Shown here piece by piece: positions 8,810 to 16,984 of a stretch of 64,000 nt of DNA. Numbering within the stretch: the first letter of the stretch is position 1; each line of letters begins with the position of its first letter. The position numbers and the translations under genes were made by a program. Location of the stretch: the IMG/VR virus record IMGVR_UViG_3300030098_004828, positions 1 to 64,000 of that record. The stretch is one strand, 5' to 3'. Under the pieces are notes generated by a model that made no database searches, had not been told where the DNA came from, and was given only the letters and a program-made list of their open reading frames with translations.

Positions 8810-9324
8810 ATTGCTTTCTTTAAACTAAAATAGTTTTTAGGTAATAATCCTACACTTATAAACTTTATGATTACATCTTCATAGTTTATTCCTAATTCTT
8901 TTAAAGTCATTTTATTCTTATAATCAGGCAAATATTCAAATGGTGTTTCATGTATTGCTCTACCTAATTCTGATTTAGCAAATATACGAAAAATTGGCTG
9001 AATCTGTTTATAAGAAACAAACTGTTTTAGTTCATTGATAACATTTTGAGCACGTTTCCATACTTTAGTAATTCTTCTCTTTTTATCCCAATGCATTTTT
9101 TCTATTTCTTCTTTTTTATACATCTTTAATCCATGTAACACTCTTTTAAATAAAAAATGCTGATATGGATTTAACTTTGTATATACAATAGGTTGAGCTA
9201 AATCTTTACTAATTAATTGATATTCAGTTAATAATCCTAAATATTCATATCTTTTTTTTAATCTATCAGCCTCCAATGAAGCTAATTTAGGTTGTAATTT
9301 TTTGTACTGTTCCTGTGAGATCAT
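8806..9324 (-). CDS. Basic hypothetical protein
   Basis: Probable start MISQEQ at 9324, because the longer ORF start overlaps a terminator hairpin. Confidence 0.65.
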   Translation of the reverse strand: MISQEQYKKLQPKLASLEADRLKKRYEYLGLLTEYQLISKDLAQPIVYTKLNPYQHFLFKRVLHGLKMYKKEEIEKMHWDKKRRITKVWKRAQNVINELKQFVSYKQIQPIFRIFAKSELGRAIHETPFEYLPDYKNKMTLKELGINYEDVIIKFISVGLLPKNYFSLKKAI

Positions 9325-9354
9325 GATCTGGTTTTTTAAGTTGTTAATAAAATA

Positions 9355-9382
9355 GAAAAGGGCCCAATTAAGGACCCTCTTC
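9355..9382 (-). terminator. Intrinsic terminator
   Basis: GAAGAGGGTCC-TTAATT-GGGCCCTTTTC then TATTTT, downstream of 9435..10040. Confidence 0.65.
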
Positions 9383-9434
9383 AAAAAAAATTTAAACTAG
9401 TATTACTACTAGGATCAGTCAAAGTTGATCAATC

Positions 9435-10040
9435 TTATAATTCAAAAGTTTCTTCTTCCATTACTATTTCTTCTTGTGGAGCATTCTCCCCTTCTTCTTT
9501 ATCTTTCTTCTTACTTTTAGGCTTAGCTTTAGCTTCAGGATCTTCTGTAGTATTATCTATCATTTCTTGCATTTCTGCTTGAGTTAGATTTCCTTTCTTT
9601 TCAGTTTCCTCAGAAGCATTAGCTTCTCTAATAGCATCACCATTAGTATGAGCAATAAACTCATCTTCTAATGTACCTGATGCATCATAGAATGCCTTTC
9701 TATAAATAGGTTCTCCATGTCTACAACAAACTATTCCTGTTTCACCTGCTATTTTAAGATCTCTATCTGGATCATTAGCATCAAAAGCTTCTGTTTGTTC
9801 TTTTATAATGATATTACCTGGTAATGGTTGATCAGCAGTTAGACCTATCTCTTGTAAGTCTTCTACTAAACCATGGATTAATGTACTTAAGTTTGATCTT
9901 TTGACCCAACCTGTTGCACTGAATCCAACTCTTGTTTGTGTTAGTCTAACATGACCGTATTCTGGATTGTTTTTTGATACTCTAATTACATTTCCTTGTT
10001 CGTCAGGACTAATCCTAACATTGCTGTTTTTGTTTTCCAT
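9435..10040 (-). CDS. Possible second ssDNA-binding (OB-fold-like) protein
   Basis: Beta-rich N-terminal domain, long charged disordered tail ending EEETFEL. Confidence 0.4.
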   Translation of the reverse strand: MENKNSNVRISPDEQGNVIRVSKNNPEYGHVRLTQTRVGFSATGWVKRSNLSTLIHGLVEDLQEIGLTADQPLPGNIIIKEQTEAFDANDPDRDLKIAGETGIVCCRHGEPIYRKAFYDASGTLEDEFIAHTNGDAIREANASEETEKKGNLTQAEMQEMIDNTTEDPEAKAKPKSKKKDKEEGENAPQEEIVMEEETFEL

Positions 10041-10071
10041 TTTTAAAAAATTAATTGATTAATATTATTGA

Positions 10072-10344
10072 TTACACATCATCTCTATGGAAGTAATTAT
10101 CTTCCATTTTTTCTATATCCTTGATTTCATCAAGATTTGGTTCTCTTTCAGGAATATTCCATGTATCAGGATCTTCCTTCTGTTTTTTATTTGTATGAAC
10201 TACAGATTTATAAAAAGGATTGCTAATATCTGATGTAAATTCTTTACCAAGACCATTGAGCTCTCTAAAATCTTGATCATCTAATTCAAGATATTGTTCT
10301 AGAGACATCTCTATTATTCTGCCGTTTGGTAATTGATAAATCAT
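10072..10344 (-). CDS. Acidic hypothetical protein
   Basis: MIYQLPNGRIIEMSLEQYL; ATG lies 3 nt after a TACATTTG element (possibly leaderless). Confidence 0.65.
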   Translation of the reverse strand: MIYQLPNGRIIEMSLEQYLELDDQDFRELNGLGKEFTSDISNPFYKSVVHTNKKQKEDPDTWNIPEREPNLDEIKDIEKMEDNYFHRDDV

Positions 10345-10420
10345 ACGCAAATGTATACTATTTTATTTACTTTACATAGTCAAAAAACTTGACCACTTAA
10401 CAAATAAATGAGTAGTATAG

Positions 10421-10663
10421 CTATCTTGCAACAAATATTTTTCTTCCTTTTCTATCTATATGTCCTTTTTTCTTTAATTCTTCTAACTTTCTTTGAATTG
10501 TTCTTGGATGTACATCACAAACATCCGCTAACGTGCTAATTAAAGGATAACACCATCCATTTTTATCAGCATAAGTACATACTAAAGCGTATACACCTTT
10601 TGCTGTTAGTGATATTTCTGGATCTGTTAATACATCTTTGTTAACTATTCCAAACCTTTCCAT
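10421..10663 (-). CDS. Winged-helix DNA-binding protein (HTH_36-like)
   Basis: ISLTAKGVYALV...CYPLISTLADVCDVHPRTIQRKLEELKKKGHI. Confidence 0.8.
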   Translation of the reverse strand: MERFGIVNKDVLTDPEISLTAKGVYALVCTYADKNGWCYPLISTLADVCDVHPRTIQRKLEELKKKGHIDRKGRKIFVAR

Positions 10664-11076
10664 AATTTTATAATGTTAGATCTTTTTACTCTCAGTTCTT
10701 TAGATGGTTTTGTTTTACTATTTTCTACAGCATGAAAATCTACTGTTAATTTATATTCAGTTGAATAAGGACTACAACTATCTCTATAACTAGCATCATT
10801 TATAATAGTACCTTTAATATATCCTTCATCACACATTTTTAATGCATCTTTCATTAAATCATCTTCATACACATCAGTTAGATCATACTTATTATCTTTA
10901 GGATCAAACCATACTATATCTCCTTTCTTAAAGTATATGTGTTCTTTTTCATTTACTATTTCATCCATTATTGTACCTTTTTGTTCATCAGTGAGATATG
11001 ATATCATCATTGCTACTATGAACTCATCTGTTAGTGAATCTTTTATTACCTTTTGTGTTATTTTATTTATATTCAT
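10645..11076 (-). CDS. Hypothetical protein (SH3-like barrel possible)
   Basis: FKKGDIVWF...GTII pattern. Confidence 0.6.
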   Translation of the reverse strand: MNINKITQKVIKDSLTDEFIVAMMISYLTDEQKGTIMDEIVNEKEHIYFKKGDIVWFDPKDNKYDLTDVYEDDLMKDALKMCDEGYIKGTIINDASYRDSCSPYSTEYKLTVDFHAVENSKTKPSKELRVKRSNIIKLWKGLE

Positions 11077-11147
11077 TTTATTATTATTTTATTTATTATT
11101 AAATTCTGGTATTGTTATGTATGACATCTAAGTCACATTTGGACTAA

Positions 11148-11170
11148 AGGAGCAACCTAAGCTGCTCCTC
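11148..11170 (-). terminator. Intrinsic terminator
   Basis: AGGAGCAGC-TTAG-GTTGCTCCT-TT. Confidence 0.55.
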
Positions 11171-11218
11171 TAATCACTACTCACTTAAACAGAACAGGCA
11201 ATCACACCTATTCAAACG

Positions 11219-11845
11219 TTAGAATGAGAATTTTTTAACTATAAATACATCACGCATGTGATCATCATCACTTTCACGCGAAATATTTGTTAGAATATCT
11301 AAAAGATTTACATTTTTAAGATAAGATTTAAATCTAGACAATATATTATTCATCTCTTTTATCTCATTAATGTTTTCTTTATGATTTAACAAACCTAATC
11401 CTTTAACAGTACATTTATTTGACATATATATTCCATACTCATCAAAATCTATTTCATACTTATCAAACTTCCATTTGTAATAGCATCCTTTCTGATACTG
11501 ACAAATGTTATACATCTTTATTGTTTCATTAAGTAATAAATTATAGATTTTATTCATCCACTGAGTATTCCTACTAAAAGTAGAAAAACTTCTCTCAGTT
11601 AAATTATCCTGAGGATAATAACTCTGAGTTGTATTGGTATTAAAATATCTTTGATGTATTGTAACATCTACTCCTTTATGTATATCAGTATTTGATATAC
11701 ATACTGTAGCAGCATGTCCTTTAAAAGATTTACCAGGTTGTAATTCTAACAATCTTTTGTTAAAAATATCACCATTCTTTTCCCTATAATCTGCTTCAGT
11801 TTCTTTTTTATGTATCCATTTAAATATATTATATAATTCTTTCAT
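11219..11845 (-). CDS. Hypothetical protein
   Basis: 208-aa ORF with A-rich leader. Confidence 0.65.
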   Translation of the reverse strand: MKELYNIFKWIHKKETEADYREKNGDIFNKRLLELQPGKSFKGHAATVCISNTDIHKGVDVTIHQRYFNTNTTQSYYPQDNLTERSFSTFSRNTQWMNKIYNLLLNETIKMYNICQYQKGCYYKWKFDKYEIDFDEYGIYMSNKCTVKGLGLLNHKENINEIKEMNNILSRFKSYLKNVNLLDILTNISRESDDDHMRDVFIVKKFSF

Positions 11846-11915
11846 TGTTTTTGTTTTTAATTGTTGAAACTGTTTTTGTTGCGCTAGTTAAGGTCAGCGC
11901 ACAACCTGTTAAGAT

Positions 11916-12308
11916 TTAATTGATTCTTTTCCATGTATCACATTCAGATTCATCAACTACTTTGATTTCACTTGCAGGAATAATAAAAGAAAAATCTTTA
12001 TTCATCTCAACCAAATAATTATTAACTAAATCATTTATCATATCTTCAGACATACTAACAGGACCACCATCAGGTAAGATACCTTTATCAAAATCCCATA
12101 CTTCATATCCTAATGTTTCATACAAACCAGTCCAATCTCTTCCTCCCATTCTTTCTTTCATCTCTGCTTTCTTCTTATCAGTTGATCTAACAATTGATAA
12201 TGATAAACCATTTCTAAATGGTATTAATGTCTGTATTGTACCAACATAAGAGTCTTCAAATGTTTTAACGATGCCACAATCTATGGCTAAGTCTAAATAA
12301 AATTTCAT
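11916..12308 (-). CDS. Hypothetical protein
   Basis: 130-aa ORF; FRNGLSLSIVR...GLYE pattern seen in small phage proteins. Confidence 0.65.
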   Translation of the reverse strand: MKFYLDLAIDCGIVKTFEDSYVGTIQTLIPFRNGLSLSIVRSTDKKKAEMKERMGGRDWTGLYETLGYEVWDFDKGILPDGGPVSMSEDMINDLVNNYLVEMNKDFSFIIPASEIKVVDESECDTWKRIN

Positions 12309-12344
12309 AAGTTCTGTTTTAAGTGATTAATATTAATTGATTTG

Positions 12345-13112
12345 AACAGTTTACTCTGTTGTTTCTCTATGGCTGAGTGAGTGACCATTTCCGCTAACAT
12401 TATATGACATGTCTGTCATATTACACACACTATGTATTCCTACATAGTAGCAAGCATTACCGCATTTTATCCTGTGCTGGCAGTTGTTCATCCTACAGTC
12501 CATAGAATCAATGATTACATCACGAGTTGTAAACTCTTCAGAGAAGTACCTTCCCCTATCTAAGTACAATAGTAAACTATTATACCACGCCTTGTGCCCA
12601 AGGTAGATAACCATATCATCTCAACTATAGCCTTGCGAGCTATAACTGTTCCCATATTACAGGGAAATAAGGTAATTGTCCTTATAAGATGTCCAATGAC
12701 TTTTACTTTTCTATTAATAATTGATTATGTCACGTAAGTGTGACTAACTATATTAACTAACCTAGATCCAAGCAGTGCATCAGAAATGTAACCATCATCC
12801 CTTTCAGGACAACGCACTACAACTGCTCAGTGTAAATATGTCTATTTACGTTACTTCACGATGCTGTAACCACATCATTTGTAATGAATACAACAGTAAC
12901 TCTATACCTAGAGTGTCCATCATATTCTAATAGTTTACCTGTTGTGCTTTCACACTCAATACCAACGGCTATTGGTATCACAACTCATCCATAAGGACAT
13001 TGTTGTGGTTACTACCTTGCATACATGGATTGCTAATGCAACGCTACTAAGGTGCTAACCTGTTCACTTTATTCCTATTACTAGGCTTATCCTATTGACT
13101 ATATGCAGCCAA
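12345..13112 (-). ncRNA. Large structured noncoding RNA (GOLLD/ROOL size class; family unassigned)
   Basis: At least 15 hairpins in ~750 nt, many with GNNA tetraloops on the minus strand; G-U pairs work only on minus; long-range helices; higher GC than flanks. Confidence 0.7.
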
Positions 13113-13130
13113 AATACTACCGAAGTAGTA
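13111..13130 (-). terminator. cUUCGg hairpin plus U4 (weak terminator or processing signal)
   Basis: TACTAC-TTCG-GTAGTA-TTTT immediately 3' of the tRNA-like RNA. Confidence 0.6.
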
Positions 13131-13135
13131 CATAG

Positions 13136-13213
13136 TGGAGATGCTCAGAATTGAACTGAGATACTACATAGTACCACAAGTGGTCTTCTATGCAGGCAAA
13201 ACCTTTCATCCCC
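13136..13213 (-). ncRNA. tmRNA tRNA-like-domain-only RNA (alanine-acceptor mimic), 78 nt
   Basis: GGGGATG/CATCTCC-A acceptor with G3-U70 and A73; AAAGGTTTTGC D-loop; helix CTGCATAG/CTATGTAG capped by ACCAC-TT-GTGGT; T-arm CTCAG-TTCAATT-CTGAG; no anticodon loop or tag ORF. Confidence 0.8.
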
Positions 13214-13370
13214 ATTTTATTTGCCTCCGTTACTATAATTCTACTATAGAGAGAGAACAAACTAATTAACTCTAATCATTCCAACCATATGGATGTGTAT
13301 GTGTAACAATACTAATGATTATAGCTATATCTTATTTTAATGCTGTTGAGTTCAGCTGATTACTATTAAG

Positions 13371-13398
13371 GTGGTAAAAAGTGGTGTTTTGTGGTAAT
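13371..13398. repeat. Three GTGGT units at exact 10-bp spacing
   Basis: gtggtaaaaa gtggtgtttt gtggtaat at 13371, 13381, 13391. Confidence 0.7.
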
Positions 13399-13514
13399 CA
13401 TACACATTCACACGCACATAAGAAAAGAATTAAACACTAAACAAAGCATAATGTGCATATACAACTGATATCATCAGGATATGGAGTGATCATGCTCTAT
13501 TTAAGTGAGTATTG

Positions 13515-13560
13515 TAAGTCTATTAAGTCTATTCAGTCTACAGTAAGTCTATTCAGTCCT
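13515..13560. repeat. Tandem 9-bp repeats T(A/C)AGTCTA(T/C), about five copies
   Basis: taagtctat taagtctat tcagtctac ag taagtctat tcagtcct. Confidence 0.8.
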
Positions 13561-13567
13561 CTTTAAT

Positions 13568-13593
13568 GGAAGGAGAGGATTGCTCCTCTCTTC
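13568..13593 (-). terminator. GCAA-tetraloop hairpin after 13605..14009
   Basis: GGAAGAGAGGA-GCAA-TCCTCTCCTTCC. Confidence 0.6.
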
Positions 13594-13604
13594 CACCCCA
13601 AGAA

Positions 13605-14009
13605 TTACTTCTTGGCTGCAGCCTTAGGCTTGTCCTCAGGCTCAGATGCTGCATCAGTCTCTTGCGAAGCAAGATACTTATCAGCATAGCCAGGTATTGG
13701 TTCAACCCAATACATGCCAGACTCTACGTCTGTAGGATTACCATCTTCATCCAGTTCCATTATTGGTACTGATGAGAATCTCCACCCAGGCATTTCCTGG
13801 TCCTGTTCAAGACCCAGTTCGTGGATGTCAACTCCTGTTGGCAAATCAACTGCAGCTATAAGACCCCAAGTAGTATCTTTAGATGCTTCTTGGTTTCTTG
13901 CCTCTACCACTACACCATTTATAATGGCTTTAGTTGTAGACAGCTTCTTAGATTTGACAATAAGAGCATCGCTCTTGTCACTCTGTTCATGGAAAATTAC
14001 TTTTTTCAT
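13605..14009 (-). CDS. Acidic hypothetical protein, first gene of leftward arm
   Basis: 134 aa, A-rich leader, followed by its own hairpin; more GC-rich than neighbours. Confidence 0.75.
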   Translation of the reverse strand: MKKVIFHEQSDKSDALIVKSKKLSTTKAIINGVVVEARNQEASKDTTWGLIAAVDLPTGVDIHELGLEQDQEMPGWRFSSVPIMELDEDGNPTDVESGMYWVEPIPGYADKYLASQETDAASEPEDKPKAAAKK

Positions 14010-14138
14010 AATAATAAAATTTTAATTGTTAATAATTATTTTTATGGGGCTAGGCCCCGCCAAAAATAAATTGGGGAGTTAAAACGCTAGGGCCCCATCA
14101 GAACTTTAAACACACAAAATTTTTTTGGCAAATAAAAA

Positions 14139-14151
14139 TTTAGTATATTAT
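14139..14151 (+). promoter_or_regulatory. Putative phage promoter TT(T/A)GTA(T/A)ATTAT (first of a recurring set)
   Basis: Recurs upstream of plus-strand genes at 24395, 27441, 30293, 31750, 33616, 39235, 59559. Confidence 0.65.
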
Positions 14152-14303
14152 ACTATAAGGAATTCACTATTAGGGATGGCTTCTTTTACAAAAAGGCATG
14201 TGCAGTATGAGGGGGGGATCAAAATAATAACCATTAATAGGGGGGATATAATTCGTATAGTGATAACGTTAATTAATTCGTAAACATTTAAAATATAAAA
14301 AAG

Positions 14304-14678
14304 ATGAAATATTTATTTTTTGCAAGTGGTGTTACTCCTGATGGAACTGCAACTACTGAAGAAGTTGCTATGCTTAAGCTAAGCGATCTTTCATGCATTG
14401 TTAATGGAGGTGCTGATGAGATACATATGATATTTAAAGATACTGGTCCTACAGCTGGTGCTTCTGGTGCGGCTCAAATGGATGATGTATATTGTACTGT
14501 AGCATGTGCTAATGCATCTATAAGAGAAGCAATATTAGAGTTAGGTGAGGTATTATCTAGATTTGAAAAAGATCCAGCTGCTAATGTATTAAGAGTATAT
14601 GATGGTACAGCAACTCAAGTAACAAAATGTGTTAGCTCATTTTCAGGATGCGCTATTAATGCAGAAGAACCTGCATAA
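14304..14678 (+). CDS. Hypothetical protein (possible small virion protein)
   Basis: 124 aa; pattern similarity to 28601..28915. Confidence 0.7.
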   Translation: MKYLFFASGVTPDGTATTEEVAMLKLSDLSCIVNGGADEIHMIFKDTGPTAGASGAAQMDDVYCTVACANASIREAILELGEVLSRFEKDPAANVLRVYDGTATQVTKCVSSFSGCAINAEEPA

Positions 14679-14694
14679 TTTAAAATTTAAAACT

Positions 14695-15003
14695 ATGAAA
14701 GAAAACCCTGATGAGGATCATCTACCTGAACTAAGTGAGTCTGAAAGGATTCACTTAGAACAGATGATGGTTGAAAAAGCTTTTGATAACTCTTATTTAG
14801 TAATTACTAAGAAGGCAACCTTTGAAGAATTATTAGATAGACGTGATGAATTTAGTCATGTAGGTACAAAAGCAGTATTAATTTATGATCCGTCTGAAGG
14901 ATGGGGAACGGATGAGGTAGAAGATATGATAGACTACTATGAAGAGTTAGAGGAGTATGAGAAGTGCGCGGAACTAAAAAAAATATTAGATGTACAATTA
15001 TAA
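14695..15003 (+). CDS. UVR (UvrB/UvrC)-motif protein
   Basis: Likely start MKENPD at 14695; C-terminal YYEELEEYEKCAELKKIL. Confidence 0.6.
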   Translation: MKENPDEDHLPELSESERIHLEQMMVEKAFDNSYLVITKKATFEELLDRRDEFSHVGTKAVLIYDPSEGWGTDEVEDMIDYYEELEEYEKCAELKKILDVQL

Positions 15004-15361
15004 TGCAAAATGCATCAGAGTAGTAGATGGTGACACTATTGATGCGGAAATAGATCTTGGCTTTGATGTTAAGATTAAAAAAAGAATCAGACTAGCAGGA
15101 ATCAATGCTCCAGAATCTAGAACTAGAAATAAGGTTGAAAAGAAATTAGGGTTAGCTGCAAAAGAAAGATTAATTGAAATGTTAGACGGAGCTGCTAATT
15201 GTTTTGAATTAGAATCACAAGAACTTGGTAAATACGGTAGAGTACTTGGCAGATTGTTAATAGATAAAATTGCAGGAAAAGATGTAATAACTAAAGTTTG
15301 CGTAAATGATTGCCTCGTAAAAGAAGGTTATGCCGTAGAATATGACGGTGGCAAACGTTAA
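14990..15361 (+). CDS. Thermonuclease (SNase-like)
   Basis: RVVDGDTI, IRLAGINAPE, GKYGRVLG, LVKEGYAVEYDGG. Confidence 0.9.
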   Translation: MYNYNAKCIRVVDGDTIDAEIDLGFDVKIKKRIRLAGINAPESRTRNKVEKKLGLAAKERLIEMLDGAANCFELESQELGKYGRVLGRLLIDKIAGKDVITKVCVNDCLVKEGYAVEYDGGKR

Positions 15362-15372
15362 AAATATTTAAA

Positions 15373-15585
15373 ATGAAAATATTTAAAGATGACAATGATT
15401 GGAATGAAAAGTCTATAATTGGATTTGTAGCTTTTGTAATCATGTGTGTAATAATGATGGCAGATCTAGCAACCGGATGGTATGGTTATGATCTAGTTAT
15501 TAATGAATTTGTGTATGATTCATTTGTTTGGGTTGTACTTGGATGCTTTGGAATAAGCGGTATAGAAAAATTTGCAAAAAAATAA
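15373..15585 (+). CDS. Putative holin (2 TM)
   Basis: Two TM helices, basic C-terminus, upstream of an endolysin-like gene. Confidence 0.55.
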   Translation: MKIFKDDNDWNEKSIIGFVAFVIMCVIMMADLATGWYGYDLVINEFVYDSFVWVVLGCFGISGIEKFAKK

Positions 15586-15617
15586 TCCCTAAACTTTTTT
15601 TATTTAAACTTTTTATA

Positions 15618-15625
15618 TATATTTG
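15618..15625 (+). promoter_or_regulatory. Bacteroidota -7 promoter element TAnnTTTG
   Basis: TATATTTG 30 nt upstream of ATG 15656. Confidence 0.5.
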
Positions 15626-15655
15626 CCATAGTTATTAATTTAAAAATTTTATAAA

Positions 15656-16015
15656 ATGGCAAAGAAAACTAAAGTAGAAGATATTTCTACAGATTCTTCT
15701 GATCTTACAAAAGAAGAGTTAGAAGCAAAAAGAGCTGAAGTAACAGCTTATTATGAAGATCATATTCCTTCATTAAAGATTCAATTAGAATATGAAAATT
15801 TATTAAGAGATATTGAAAAAACTCGTGCTGAAAGACTTCAGGCGCAAATGTTTATAGCTAATACTATGGCAGGCCCTCCAGGAGAAAACGGCAAATCTAC
15901 TAATCAGATAAGTAAGGAGGCATCAGAAGCATTTAATAAAGCTCAAGAAGAAGCTAAAAAAATGAGAGACAATGCTCCTAGAACTTTAAAGCGTAAAGCA
16001 GATGCAACTAACTAG
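15656..16015 (+). CDS. Coiled-coil hypothetical protein
   Basis: 119 aa, helical and charged. Confidence 0.7.
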   Translation: MAKKTKVEDISTDSSDLTKEELEAKRAEVTAYYEDHIPSLKIQLEYENLLRDIEKTRAERLQAQMFIANTMAGPPGENGKSTNQISKEASEAFNKAQEEAKKMRDNAPRTLKRKADATN

Positions 16016-16622
16016 AGAGAAAATTCAAGAGACCATCAAGCAAAAAACAGATTATCTGTGGTTTGACAAAGGTAACTATAATCTTAATATTGTGGGTGTA
16101 AGAAACTCAGATACTAAGAATGAAGTTACAAACCGCTTTGATGACAAAATAACTCTTTCTTATAAAGTTGATGGTAAATGGCAATTCCATTGTTTTGATT
16201 GTACTACAGACCCAGGGACACATTGGGTTGAAAATATAATGAGAAAAGAAGGTGTTGCTATTTTAAAACCTGGGCAATATAGAGGAAGCCACATTATTAG
16301 AAAACATCAAGGTAGATATGAAGCTTTAGGACAAGATAGACCTGTACAAGTTTATAGAGATGATAATAGAGATCATATGTATAATCTTTATGAATCTTCA
16401 GTACAAGAAGGTAATTTTGGAATAAATATTCATAGGGCTACTAAATATGCTGGTAAAAAATCTACACAAGTAGATAAATGGTCAGCAGGTTGTCAAGTGA
16501 TTGCTGCTAATGATGATTGGAAGCTTTTTATGAAAATATGTAGAAAAGCAAGAGATACTTGGGGCAATAGGTTTACCTACACTTTATTAGAAAGTAAAGA
16601 TATATTACATTCATGGCTATAG
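16002..16622 (+). CDS. Putative endolysin, L,D-transpeptidase (YkuD)-like Cys peptidase
   Basis: FGINIHRA...WSAGCQV His/Cys motif; near a holin-like gene. Confidence 0.6.
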   Translation: MQLTREKIQETIKQKTDYLWFDKGNYNLNIVGVRNSDTKNEVTNRFDDKITLSYKVDGKWQFHCFDCTTDPGTHWVENIMRKEGVAILKPGQYRGSHIIRKHQGRYEALGQDRPVQVYRDDNRDHMYNLYESSVQEGNFGINIHRATKYAGKKSTQVDKWSAGCQVIAANDDWKLFMKICRKARDTWGNRFTYTLLESKDILHSWL

Positions 16623-16984
16623 TTAATAAAGTGAACAAAAAAGTAAAAACAAGTAAGGATCAGGTAGTAAAGTATCAGATCCTTACTTATTGCTTTTTTA
16701 ATAATATTCAAATTAGTAATTCTGATTTGGAATGTTTAGCAGTATTGGCTAAACAAGGAAATAATGAACTAACAAATTTTTGTGAAAAAATTTCTGAAAT
16801 GGGAATATTTAAAAGCTCTCAATCTTGCAGAAATGCTATTGCAAAAGCTGAAAAGAAAAATTTAATTATTAAAAAAGGATCTAATAAAAAATCAATATCA
16901 TTAAATGATGATATTAATATACAAACAGAAGGTATAATATTATTAGATTATAAAATTTTAGGAATTGAAACCAAAGAATCATAA
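16613..16984 (+). CDS. Putative winged-helix DNA-binding protein
   Basis: ISNSDLECLAVL...QSCRNAIAKAEKKNLI pattern. Confidence 0.5.
   Translation: MAIVNKVNKKVKTSKDQVVKYQILTYCFFNNIQISNSDLECLAVLAKQGNNELTNFCEKISEMGIFKSSQSCRNAIAKAEKKNLIIKKGSNKKSISLNDDINIQTEGIILLDYKILGIETKES

Noticed and set aside
12351-12614. 87-aa minus-strand ORF
   Set aside because: Atypical composition, no A-rich leader, and it lies within the hairpin-dense region; better explained as ncRNA.
13136-13213. Canonical tRNA-Ala or permuted two-piece tmRNA
   Set aside because: No U8 and no 7-nt anticodon loop; the 5' acceptor strand precedes the T-arm in one closed 78-nt unit, so it is not permuted.
13515-13560. Mini-CRISPR array
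   Set aside because: Repeats are 9 bp and contiguous with no spacers; the Cas4-like nuclease at 17630 is an ordinary stand-alone phage exonuclease.
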